Assembly (NCBI GenBank): GCA_965235115.1
Contig: OZ249438.1
Coordinates: 41,788,001 to 41,852,000 of the forward strand
DNA length: 64,000 nucleotides
DNA from: Laetmonice hystrix
Lineage: Eukaryota
Direction of reading: 5' to 3'
In this document: positions 50,336-61,380 of the stretch, in pieces
Position numbering within the stretch: the stretch's first letter is position 1
How the letters are laid out: every line of letters begins with the position of its first letter
Program-made: the position numbers and the translations under genes
Notes under the pieces: model-generated
Databases searched by the model: none
The model's input: the letters and a program-made list of their open reading frames with translations, nothing else
Told to the model about the DNA's origin: nothing

Positions 50336-52231
50336 CTGACTCGTACATTAGGTGCCTCCACATCATTAATGTCTTCCCGCTCTCTGTCTTTCAAAACGTG
50401 CGCTTCTCTCCCTCCATTATTTGCCTCTCGCCCCTGCTCTCCTTCCTCTCCTGATTCTCCACATCACTGTTTTTCTCCTCGCTGAACCTTCCTCCTTCAA
50501 GTCACCCTATACAGTTTAGACCTTGTTTTGCCAGGAGCGAAAATGTATGGTGAACATAAGAGTTTGCGATCTGCGACCTCAATCAGTCTAAAAGTCGGTT
50601 AATGGTTTCTCAGGTTACCATTAGCCAGGAGGGCACCGACACCTAGGGTATGTACATTTTGTATATCACAATGCACAATTACCACAGGTAAAGCTTTGTG
50701 AAGTACACCTTGTGATAATGGCGGAGAAAGGAATTCCTGCCCATTCGGATTCTAGTGTACCGACCTTAAAAATGTACTTGACATGACTTATATCCGCCTT
50801 AAACACCCACCACCACCACACACTTACGTTGGTTGCCCCTGTGTGTGACCTTGGGGCCGTGCTGGGAGTTAATGAATGGGTCGGCGAGGCCCCAGGGACA
50901 GAATAGGTCCAAGAATAGGTTCCCGAAACGCATAAACAAAACGACGTGTGGAGGTGGAAGGCGGTGCGCCATGGACGGAAGCCACCATTAAGAAACGCCC
51001 GTCACCTCTCACACGCCAATGGCTTCCTGACCGCCGCGGACCGGGGGGAGAGTCTGCGACACGTGCTGAACACATGCATCGTTATCCGTTTCTACGAGAA
51101 GGGCTCCCTCACCTCAACCCTTGCGTTGTTGTCATACACACAACACAGGAAACCCTAGCGCCCACAAGTCTTCGCTATTCCTCGACTCCTTCCTTCTTTC
51201 ACTGGTACCAGAGGTATAAACTTGAGCGGGGAACAACAGCTGCTCCATGTTATATAGTAGGAAACCCGAATCAACTTAGAATGAGCTGGCTTTGAAAAGG
51301 GTCTTTCCTGGTCTCATTAAGCCTTGACTGAGTAGAAGGCTTACTTCTTCGTTTTATATCTAAACTACATATTTCAAAGGCTATGGATTATAATGCTGTT
51401 TTTGTCGTTAAACAATAACAGTCAATCAATGTAAGAACATATGCATATACTTGAAGATAATTAAACTGCTTTTAAAGTGCTGCATGAAAGCAGTCCCATA
51501 AAAAATATCTATCACATAGATCTATATGAAAATGTGTCAGTGCTGGAACTTAAGGATCGGCAGTGTACGCCTTATCGCAGCGGAAATGGCTTTTCTATTA
51601 AAGTGTATGGGAGCTTAGGTGGCAAACGGTTTCCGCAATTACTGCTGATACCGACTGTAATAGGAATCCAATATAATAACGTGTGCGCTCAGAGGCTGCC
51701 ATCTAACGAGTACCCAGCATTCCATTCAAACAGGCTTCCAACGACTGGATCTAAGGGGTTGCTATTGACAACACACGTTCCCACAGCAACGCTAAATTGG
51801 CCTACACGAAGGGTTAGCTTGAACACGACGACATAACAAACGGCCGAGAAACTCTGGACTCTTTCTGAAAACTGACCTAACTCTCCTGATTGCCTGGTCT
51901 AGTAGCCTATCAGAATCGCTAAACTTCAGCAATAACTTAAGTTTTGAAAGACCGTGTCGTGATCATTATGGACCTCCCTGATTTCGTTTTCAGTATATTT
52001 ACATCGTTAAACGTCAGGCGCCCTCGACGCTACTCCTGTAATATTTACGGGACATTGCGTCGTTTGCAAACTTGAACAACTGCTTAGACAGTCCAGATCA
52101 TTCGAGATGCGGAGAGAAGTTGGGTCACGTGATTGACAGTGTCGCCACCTGACGGACGTATTTGTTTCATTGCCAGTCTACTGGCTGCATCCCTGGACGT
52201 GTGAAATCTATTTCTCTCGGAGCCCGAAGGT

Positions 52232-52640
52232 CTAGAAGGGATGAGATTAGAACTTTACCAGGCGCACTGGTTTAGCGGAAGGATTTACTCAGAGTACCGA
52301 AGGTTTAGAACGGATGAGATCAGAACTTTACCAGGCCGCACTAGTTTAGCGGAAGGATTTACTCAGAGTACTAGAAAACAGTAGCGATGTTTAGAACGTA
52401 TGAGATTAGAACTTTACCAGACCGCACTAGTTTAGCGGAAGGATTTACTCAGAGTACCGAAGGTTTAGAACGGATGAGATTAGAACTTTACCAGACCGCA
52501 CGAGTTTAGCGGAAGGATTTACTCAGAACTAGAAGAACAGTAGCGATGTTTAGAACGGATGAGATTAGAACTTTACCAGACCGCACTAGTTTAGCGGAAA
52601 GATTTACTCAGAGTACTAGAAGAACAGTAGCGATGTTTAG
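52232..52640. repeat. Alternating ~74/86-bp tandem array, 5 copies (TMEM151 intron 3' end)
   Basis: GAGAT(T/C)AGAAC at 52243, 52316, 52402, 52476 and 52561. Confidence 0.93.
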
Positions 52641-52917
52641 ACATCTGCAGCTATGTTTGGAGATGGTGGCAGTACAACGTTCAGGTAATTCGCTACAGAA
52701 ACACCTTCAACACATTATTTGTGTTGGAAATGAATTTCATTTGTATAAAAAAAAGATGAACAGTATCGAATTAATCATTTTGAGCAACAAATTTGTGTGA
52801 ACAAATTGATATGTAAGTTTTGAAAGGATGCCGATATAGAATGCATCTTCAATTTTATAATTTTCTATTTAAAGATAGTAGCATATCCGATACTAATATG
52901 TTTTGGTTCCCTTACAG

Positions 52918-55902
52918 CAAAGACCAATAAAGCAGTCGTTTTGCGGGTCGTTACGGCGGGACACACACTGGAAATGCCTGATCCTCAGCCTGCTGATCTG
53001 TGGTTGTCTGGCCGCCATCGCCTGGTGCCGCCTCACCGTCGTCACAAGAGATGTTATCAACTTCTATGAGATGCCTATTACCCAGACGGCCTATGTGTCC
53101 CCGTGTGACGACGGCTACATCTACATCCCAGTGGCCTTTGTTGTTATGTTGTACCTCGTGTACCTGGTCGAGTGCTGGCACAGTCACACCCGGATTGAGC
53201 TCCAGTATAAGGTAGACGTTAACAGTGTCTATGATAGAATCCACGCCATGCGTGAGGCGCTTCCCATCGTCTGGTGGAAGTCGGTGTGTTATCATTACGT
53301 CAGAAGGACGCGACAAGTGACGCGATATCGTAACGGCGACGCCTTTACCACAACACAGGTTTACTATGAAAGGGTCAACTCACACACGGCAAGCTCTGCC
53401 TTTAACTTCAGCCACTGCGGCATCAAGGACATATCCAAGAACCTTGTGAATTTAGATGGATACCCTGCCACCAAAATAAAATTTAGTAAAGGTTTCTCAT
53501 TTGCGACAGTAGAAGCCGAGAATGAATTTGAAGACCAGAGAGCTCAGTTTTTCCATGAGCATGAGAGACGAGATGATTACATGGAAACACGCGAGGGATT
53601 AGATCTGCTGAATGTGAATTTCAAGGAGTACATGATTGCATTTGCCGACCCGGACAACCTTCCTTGGTATGTGTCTCATATTGTATTTTGGGTGGCCTCT
53701 CTGCTGATGCTTTCCTGGCCACTACGTGTGTGTATAGAATTCAAAACTGCTTACGTGCACTACCATGTCCATAAGTTGTTTGGGTGTAATTATCTGGATC
53801 CTTCCTACTGCCCAGGCACCATGTCGAGGGTGAGTACTATGGGCAGCTCCGAGTTGGAGATGAATATCAGGAATAACTACACTCTGGTGCCAAGCTATTC
53901 AGAGGCCCTGTTGATGGAGAATTGCTACACCCAGCAGCAGGCCCGGGACCCGAGTGGTAGTGTTACTCCCAGTAGTATTGGAAATGGCATCCTCCCCGGA
54001 GTGGGTGTCAACGGAGCCATCCCTAACGGTGTTGCCATAGCAATTCCCAACGGACATCTCTCCTTGGCCAACGGCGGTGTTCATATCTCAAACGGGCATG
54101 CTGGAATTGCCAATGGTCATGTTCAAAACGGCATTATTCCTAATGTTGCCATGGTGCATAACGGCCATGTGGGTTACCATAACGGCCATATTCCTAACGG
54201 AGGCGTTCCGGTTATTTTGAACCTAAGGACTAACGTTCGAGAAGACGACGACCGCGCTGACCTGGAGTCGAGACGCCGACGCCGGCGTCGTAAGAACAAA
54301 CGCCGGTTCCAGCGTCAACCTGCAGACAACACTCAGAGTGACAGTGACGGAGGTATTGACGGCACGGATTGCACAGTCCGTCATGGACCGAGGAGTCATA
54401 CTCCGACCTTGGCCACCACGCCGGAGTCACCAGAGAGTCAGGTAGACATCATCCTGGAGTACGAGGAGGCGGAGACCATTGAGGCGGCCTCCGAGTCCCC
54501 TGACTCGGACGATGCTGACGGTGGTGACGCCCCGGCCACCCCGGACAGTCTCAACCCTTCTCCCGGCGAGGACGAGGACATGCCTCGTACCCCAGAAAGT
54601 CTGGACCCTCCTCCTGGGGAGGACGAGGACATGTCCCGTACCCCAGAAAGCCTGGACCCTCCTCCTGGGGAGGATAACATTACGGCCCTGGGTACACAAG
54701 AAGTTCTAAACTCCTCATCACAAGTTAACATGACAACCCTGGACGCTGCCGAGACGCTGAGCCTTTCACCCGGTGTCAGTGACAATGATCGACATGTACC
54801 GGAAACCCCTAAACTGTCTCCACAGGAAAACCCGTACCCTTCACCGGGTGAAAGCGCTGACCCTCTGGATACCCCGGAAACACTAAACCCTTTACCCCTG
54901 GCAGACGGGGGTGAAGACGGAGACCCTCCAGTGTCCAGAGGGACGTGCACCACCTCTCAACAATCGCTCTCGCCTGACGGGGTCGCAGAAGGCAGTGCCG
55001 TTTCTGACACCGTTTCACACACGCCCTGTCCAAGCACCTTTGACGAGGCGCCGCGTTTCCCGAGGAAAAATAGCCAAGAACAGTCTTCGCCGTCACCTGA
55101 CTCAACGCGGAGTTTGATTGAGGCATCGTCAGGCCGCCGGTGCCAGGCTAGACTGCCTCAGTCGTACAGTACACCACTCCGGACGGCTGATATAGAGTCG
55201 TCCAGGTTCTCCTTGCCGCACAGTTCTACGGGTGACCTCCCACCGGTCCACAGGGCCGCCAGGTGTACGTCTCACCGGCGGAGTTCAGCCCCGTGTTACC
55301 GGCCATCTCATCCCTGCCACACGTCCTCCTCCTCCGGTTCGGATAACACACGTCCCTGCCAACGTACGGTACACTGCCCACACTCCCGGGGACCTGTCTC
55401 TCCTACCCGCCGGTCTCCGCCCTCACAGTCAGTCTCCCCCCGGCACACTCCCTCCCCGCACGGTTCTCCACGGAGAACGTGTACCTCCGCCCCGGGAGGT
55501 CCTTGCTCACGCCACCTTCCCTCCCCTCACTCGTCCCCCCGGAGAACCCCACCCTCGCACTCCGGCAGCACGCCCTGCCAGTCCCCGTCCCCTCATCGAT
55601 CCCCACTGAGGACCCCCTCGGCACACACGTCCCCCAGACATACCCAGTCATCCATCACCTCCTCATCCTCCCCACTCACCACCCCATCCCCACACTCCTC
55701 CCCGCGCCGGGCTCCACCTCATCCTCCTCCAGAGGTGCCACCTCCAGCATACGAGGAGGCCCTCACCATGCGCGTCGTCCAGGAGGGCTCTCCAGTACCC
55801 ACCTCCCCTCTCAACCTCAACGACGAACTAACCGAACTCTCTGAGTCCCCACGCACCGCCAGACGGCGCTACACTCTGCGCTGTATGGAAACCTCCTTAT
55901 AG
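52918..55902 (+). CDS. TMEM151: TMEM151-family membrane protein, main coding exon (994 codons + stop)
   Basis: The translation carries recognisable TMEM151A/B motifs: QRPIKQS..HWKCL, SPCDDGYIYIP, YLVECWH, WWKSVCYHYVRRTRQVTRYRNGDAFTTTQVYYER, LSWPLR, KLFG, PSYSEA. The frame is open for ~3 kb to TAG at 55900-55902. It is preceded by branch-like TACTAAT (52891-52897), a pyrimidine tract and CAG (52915-52917), so the exon starts at 52918 in phase 0. The A versus B paralogue cannot be assigned. Confidence 0.95.
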   Translation, partial: QRPIKQSFCGSLRRDTHWKCLILSLLICGCLAAIAWCRLTVVTRDVINFYEMPITQTAYVSPCDDGYIYIPVAFVVMLYLVYLVECWHSHTRIELQYKVDVNSVYDRIHAMREALPIVWWKSVCYHYVRRTRQVTRYRNGDAFTTTQVYYERVNSHTASSAFNFSHCGIKDISKNLVNLDGYPATKIKFSKGFSFATVEAENEFEDQRAQFFHEHERRDDYMETREGLDLLNVNFKEYMIAFADPDNLPWYVSHIVFWVASLLMLSWPLRVCIEFKTAYVHYHVHKLFGCNYLDPSYCPGTMSRVSTMGSSELEMNIRNNYTLVPSYSEALLMENCYTQQQARDPSGSVTPSSIGNGILPGVGVNGAIPNGVAIAIPNGHLSLANGGVHISNGHAGIANGHVQNGIIPNVAMVHNGHVGYHNGHIPNGGVPVILNLRTNVREDDDRADLESRRRRRRRKNKRRFQRQPADNTQSDSDGGIDGTDCTVRHGPRSHTPTLATTPESPESQVDIILEYEEAETIEAASESPDSDDADGGDAPATPDSLNPSPGEDEDMPRTPESLDPPPGEDEDMSRTPESLDPPPGEDNITALGTQEVLNSSSQVNMTTLDAAETLSLSPGVSDNDRHVPETPKLSPQENPYPSPGESADPLDTPETLNPLPLADGGEDGDPPVSRGTCTTSQQSLSPDGVAEGSAVSDTVSHTPCPSTFDEAPRFPRKNSQEQSSPSPDSTRSLIEASSGRRCQARLPQSYSTPLRTADIESSRFSLPHSSTGDLPPVHRAARCTSHRRSSAPCYRPSHPCHTSSSSGSDNTRPCQRTVHCPHSRGPVSPTRRSPPSQSVSPRHTPSPHGSPRRTCTSAPGGPCSRHLPSPHSSPRRTPPSHSGSTPCQSPSPHRSPLRTPSAHTSPRHTQSSITSSSSPLTTPSPHSSPRRAPPHPPPEVPPPAYEEALTMRVVQEGSPVPTSPLNLNDELTELSESPRTARRRYTLRCMETSL

Positions 55903-56085
55903 ACAATCCGCGCTTTCTCAGTAACTCATTCGTAATCCATTATTTATTAACATCATGTGTACGAGGCTCAAGCATGAACTAATTCGTATGCACCTAATAG
56001 ATGCAAAATATTTCTTACACCTTATGCCTCAAATGAAGTGATGCAACTTTTACTGGATTTGTCGTCTGGATTGTGTACTGCACCT

Positions 56086-56165
56086 GAATGTTTGTTTGCC
56101 ATGACGTCACGGAATGTTTGTTTGCCATGACGTCACGGAATGTTTCTTTGCCATGACGTCACGGA
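56086..56165. repeat. 26-bp tandem repeat x3, each with a palindromic CRE (TGACGTCA)
   Basis: Unit GAATGTTTGTTTGCCATGACGTCACG; TGACGTCA at 56102, 56128 and 56154. Confidence 0.93.
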
Positions 56166-57014
56166 ATACGCGTTATCCAGGGGGGTTGTTTTAGACGTTT
56201 GGTTCTATCAAAGTTGTGAGTTGAAGAGACTCAAGCGTTCATGTTCACGTATTCTGTGCTGTGAAGGTTCCACTTCCACCAATGTTACCCTAGGAGTCTA
56301 TCTGCTGACGCCAAAACTGACCGTGGACGACGCCTCTATATACAGGCGCTACACCCCTGTGTCTATCAGGGTGCCACCACGGGAGGAAAGAGAACACCCA
56401 CAATGACCTATTGGCTACCTTCTTTCCGATATGCCATCCACTCCCGCCAAACTCCTGGAGAAAGTGATGGGCCGTCACGCGTCCGAGGCCAAGAGGACAT
56501 CACTGCCAGTTGGGATTGCACAGGAATTGGTTCAGTATTGATGAAATATTCAGGTTGAGAGACATCCCTGCAGCGTGTAGTTATAGTACATCGCATCAGC
56601 GATTTTTGAACATGAGCCGCGGGTAGTGGAGTTCTCAGCGCTGGCGGTAAGGGCGGAATGTAGAACAAATCTCAGAACCATTCTCTGGTTACTGTGCGTG
56701 TGAATGTCTGTGTGTGCGTGTATAAATGCGCGTGTGCCTATATATACATTATAATAACCAGTCTTGTATTATATACGTGTTATGCATATGTTTAGGGGGA
56801 AGGACTAAATGTATTGCCTTATATTTTACCGGTATGCAACGCATCCTATTCGTCTGTGATTGCCCCCTCCTCCCCAAGTTGAACAACCGTTAGAGGTATT
56901 CATTTTAACCCGTGTAATGATTTTAGATATTCTCTATCAAATATTCCAACGAAAAGCTGTAACAGTATTACTCGACATTGAAGTAGCGGGGATATTAAAA
57001 ACAGGTGACCGTCG

Positions 57015-57020
57015 AATAAA
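57015..57020 (+). other. Candidate poly(A) signal for TMEM151
   Basis: First AATAAA I found downstream of the stop codon, implying a ~1.1-kb 3'UTR. Confidence 0.35.
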
Positions 57021-57642
57021 GTAAGAACATTGTTCACTTTCTGACATAACGTCAAACTTTAGAGGAGTTCATTCACCAATTATTGGCTTGCACATACAAG
57101 ACACCTGTGACTATGGAAGATTGTGTCCATATTTCAGTTCTAGACTCCATGGCTTGCCCTTTTGGCATTCATTCGTTACAGTATCAACCAAAGGTGTTTC
57201 TGAATCCGTTAAGCCTGTTGAAATTCACGGTTGTCGATGTTTCGTTACAAGGTGTTCAATGAACTGTTTGTTTAAAGACACTTCTGGTCGAACTGTTATA
57301 AAGAACAAGACGAGATACACAACACCGCACCAAGAACATCCTAGTGATGTGCTACGTAAACAGCTGCCGTAGACAGCACCGCACCAAAATTCCTAATATC
57401 ACCGAAGACGGACAAATCTGAGGGACTGTTTTCTTTTCTGTTTCAGCCTCTTAGTTCAGTTTATCATCCAACAGTCGAGTTATCTCGAACGTCGTGAAAA
57501 TTTCGAAAGACAATCATTGTTCAGGAAACATTGTATAGTATAAAGAGCGAGTAAGTGCTCCTGTCCAATTCTTCCTTGTGAATATAGTGTCTGTCACTGC
57601 ATGTAATATCTCATCTCTCTGCCTGGAGTCCTCCCTGTGTAC

Positions 57643-57643
<1 letters not shown>

Positions 57644-57696
<53 letters not shown>

Positions 57697-57730
57697 CCTC
57701 TCTCTATCTCTCGCTCTGTATGTCTCTCTC
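57644..57730. repeat. (CT)n microsatellite
   Basis: Long CT dinucleotide run with a degenerate tail. Confidence 0.97.
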
Positions 57731-58681
57731 TCAATCCTTCTCGCGTTCTATGATTTCATTCTCAGATATAATTTAATATTTATAAACAATCGGGTTCTCT
57801 TTCAATTTCCATCATCGAACTTTCTATAAATATGTTACATTTTTAACGGTGTAATCTGCGTGGTTGACAAACGACTGTTTTTGTTGGTCTGTTGTCCCTG
57901 GAGGAAGGGTCTTGCCGTTCACGTAATCTGTCCTGTTGTACACGCCCATCTCATGCCGTTTGGTTGTTTACGCAAAGAGTCGTCAAAATCTCTGTCAGAA
58001 CGGGGCTTCGCTGAAAGGATTTCTAGCATGGATTAAAAGGGTGATATCTCTTAAAGGATGAGTAGGTTAGTATCGCTTGGAAGGGCCAGTGAGTGAGTAA
58101 TGGTGGTTGTGCGCCGTGTCGGCATCCAGGCCCATCTTCACGCGAATGGAAGGGACAGAAGTAGAGACATCTGACTCTGACTATACCTTTACCAGAAAGA
58201 AAAGAGAGAGAAATTGTCCACTTCTTGTTGAAGAGGGCGTAGAGCCCTCCGGTACTGGGCGGGTGCTGTGAAGGACGTTGTTCATATACATGGTTACAAA
58301 GATTCAGGTCACAGTCATCAATTGAGCTGTCAAGGACCGGGTAAAGGCCCCCACCGTCTGTTTTCCATACACCAGCAGTCGTTAAGACCAGAGGACCCGT
58401 ACAGATGTTGGGAGGGGGTTGCCGCTGGCCCTGGGTTCTCTAATCTGAGCACCAACATGTCCCCACGGTGTGTACGGTTGAAAGAGGGCATGGCGCAGCC
58501 TCCGTCCAAATAGATTATGATCTGGGCCCGCTGGGGATGTCGGGGCTGTCCTTGGGACGGCCGTGAACGGAGCGTTACGACGGCTGCCTGCAATGCTCGC
58601 AGAGAGATTAGAGCTGGGCACACAGAACACCCGCCCGCTCAGTGTCAAACATGGCCCGGCAGCACAACTCCTGTTATATGC

Positions 58682-60110
58682 TGACTAGCTGCAATATCCT
58701 CCACCATTGCCACACATGCATGCACAACTTTTCTGTTAATCCCAATCAATGACTAGGTGCAATATCCTCCACCATTGCCACACATGCATGCACAACTTTT
58801 CTATTTATTCCAATCAATGACTAGGTGCAATATCCTCCACCATTGCCACACATGCATGCACAACTTTTCTATTTATTCCAATCAATGACTAGGTGCAATA
58901 TCCTCCACCATTGCCACACATGCATGCACAACTTTTCTGTTAATCCCAATCAATGACTAGGTGCAATATTCTCCACCATTGCCACACATGCATGCACAAC
59001 TTTTCTGTTAATCCCAATCAATGACTAGGTGCAATATTCGCCACCATTGCCACACATGCATGCACAACTTTTCTATTAATCCCAATCAATGACTAGCTGC
59101 AATATTCTCCACCATTGCCACACATGCATGCACAACTTTTCTATTAATCCCAATCAATGACTAGCTGCAATATTCTCCACCATTGCCACACATGCATGCA
59201 CAACTTTTCTATTAATCCCAATCAATGACTAGCTGCAATATCCTCCACCATTGCCACACATGCATGCACAACTTTTCTGTTAATCCCAATCAATGACTAG
59301 GTGCAATATTCTCCACCATTGCCACACATGCATGCACAACTTTTCTATTAATCCCAATCAATGACTACCTGCAATATTCTCCACCATTGCCATACATGCA
59401 TGCACAACTTTTCTATTTATCCCAATCAATGACTAGCTGCAATATCCTCCACCATTGCCACACATGCATGCACAACTTTTCTGTTAATCCCAATCAATGA
59501 CTAGGTGCAATATTCTCCACCATTGCCACACATGCATGCACAACTTTTCTATTAATCCCAATCAATGACTAGGTGCAATATTCTCCACCATTGCCACACA
59601 TGCATGCACAACTTTTCTATTAATCCCAATCAATGACTAGCTGCAATATTCTCCACCATTGCCACACATGCATGCACAACTTTTCTATTAATCCCAATCA
59701 ATGACTAGCTGCAATATTCTCCACCATTGCCACACATGCATGCACAACTTTTCTAGTAATCCCAATCAATGACTAGCTGCAATATTCTCCACCATTGCCA
59801 CACATGCATGCACAACTTTTCTATTAATCCCAATCAATGACTAGCTGCAATATTCTCCACCATTGCCACACATGCATGCACAACTTTTCTATTAATCCCA
59901 ATCAATGACTAGCTGCAATATTCTCCACCATTGCCACACATGCATGCACAACTTTTCTATTAATCCCAATCAATGACTAGCTGTAATATTCTCCACCATT
60001 GCCACACATGCATGCACAACTTTTCTAGTAATCCCAATCAATGACTAGCTGCAATATTCTCCACCATTGCCACACATGCATGCACAACTTTTCTATTAAT
60101 CCCAATCAAT
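58682..60110. repeat. 68-bp tandem array, ~21 copies
   Basis: Unit GACTAGCTGCAATATTCTCCACCATTGCCACACATGCATGCACAACTTTTCTATTAATCCCAATCAAT. Confidence 0.98.
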
Positions 60111-60215
60111 ATGAGGTGAACCCGCACACTCCAGATTAACAGCCAGGCAGGATATGACAAGCCGAGGTCTCAACAAGATACAAAAAAATATGGCTAACTA
60201 CCCTAAACCCTTTGA

Positions 60216-60748
60216 AGGGGCATGCTATGGAACACCTTTTTCGAGGATTTCCGGCAATTATCCAACATGACCGTGCACTAGGGATCCAAGTAAATAATCC
60301 TACTACAACATTTTGTCTTCCGACGTGCTTTCGCTGCGTATGGAGCACAAGTAGGTTCTATACGACCAAACGCATAGATTTCTCCCGATAGCACATCTCC
60401 CGCCATAATTTGGTAGACAACCTCCCATGAACCCGTGTAAGCTAATTGCATACTGCGTCACATCCTGTGTGTGCACTCTCTGCATGTGCTTAGTCACGTG
60501 CTTCGCTTAGTTGTAAACAATTCAGCAGTTGCACTCGATCGTCCGGCATCAGAATGCCACCTAAAAATATTTTACGAAATCGGCAGAGAAGCGGGCAAGG
60601 GAGCTTCAAAAACTTCGATTTCTCACGCAAAATGAAACTGATAAGTGTGTCTTTGTTTACCAAGCAATTTTAATGAAGGATCTCTTCATGAAAACAGCAA
60701 AAGTTGTTTGAAATACCGATTTTTCACGTTTCCTCATAATATGTCCCT
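60216..60748. mobile_element. Kolobok-like non-autonomous DNA element (~530 bp)
   Basis: The left end AGGGGCATGCTATG matches the reverse complement of the right end (AGGGACATATTATG) at 11/14. Flanks are TTGA (left) and TTAA (right). RR..YY termini with a TTAA target are Kolobok hallmarks. Confidence 0.4.
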
Positions 60749-61380
60749 TTAACAGCGATTGGTGACAGTATTTAATAATACTAAAAATAAGGTAAACTTC
60801 TTGACAAAGTAACACTCGGACGTTTATAACCGAATTACATGGAAACCGTTTCATTAAAGGACTTTACGAATTCTGCTAAAAACCGGGAAATTCTAAGATA
60901 AAAGGTCCATTTACAACAAACTTACATTTCACTATTTAAAATGAAATGTAGCGATAGGAACTAAGTGCCGTCTATTTCAACCAATGGTTGTCGCGCTTAC
61001 AAACCGTTAATGTTTGCCATCATGGGTTGTCAGGTAACGTATTGTACGTCGAGATCGCCTCACTCTGGGACTCCGGAGAGCTTGCACTAAGATGCACTTA
61101 AACCATCACACCACGACAGCTCCTGACACAAAGGTACCCAGCCGCCAACTTTGCCTTGATCACCATTCGCCAGACACGAAATTGCCGTTTTGTTTAGGCT
61201 CTGGTTCTCATCGATTACATATAAATGTGCTGCAGATTGTAAAGCGTTGCCTCCGCGAGGACTCCCGGGTCAACGTTTATGGCGTGGTCTGATCCGTGAA
61301 CGCTCTACTCTCAACCCTCTGTGGAGGGTGGTATCCCTGCTGTCTGCTCCCGGCGAATGGAGGCACCCTACCCTATATAT

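Noticed and set aside
31604-50485. ORFs containing X runs
   Set aside because: They are artefacts of translation through the four N gaps.
52903-52917. ORF-track start MVPLQ for TMEM151
   Set aside because: It is a TTG inside the polypyrimidine tract and acceptor (TTTTGGTTCCCTTACAG), so it is intronic.
58089-58150. GTGAGTGAGT-led segment resembling a SINE 3' tail on the minus strand
   Set aside because: It is too short, and I found no tRNA-derived head with A/B boxes.
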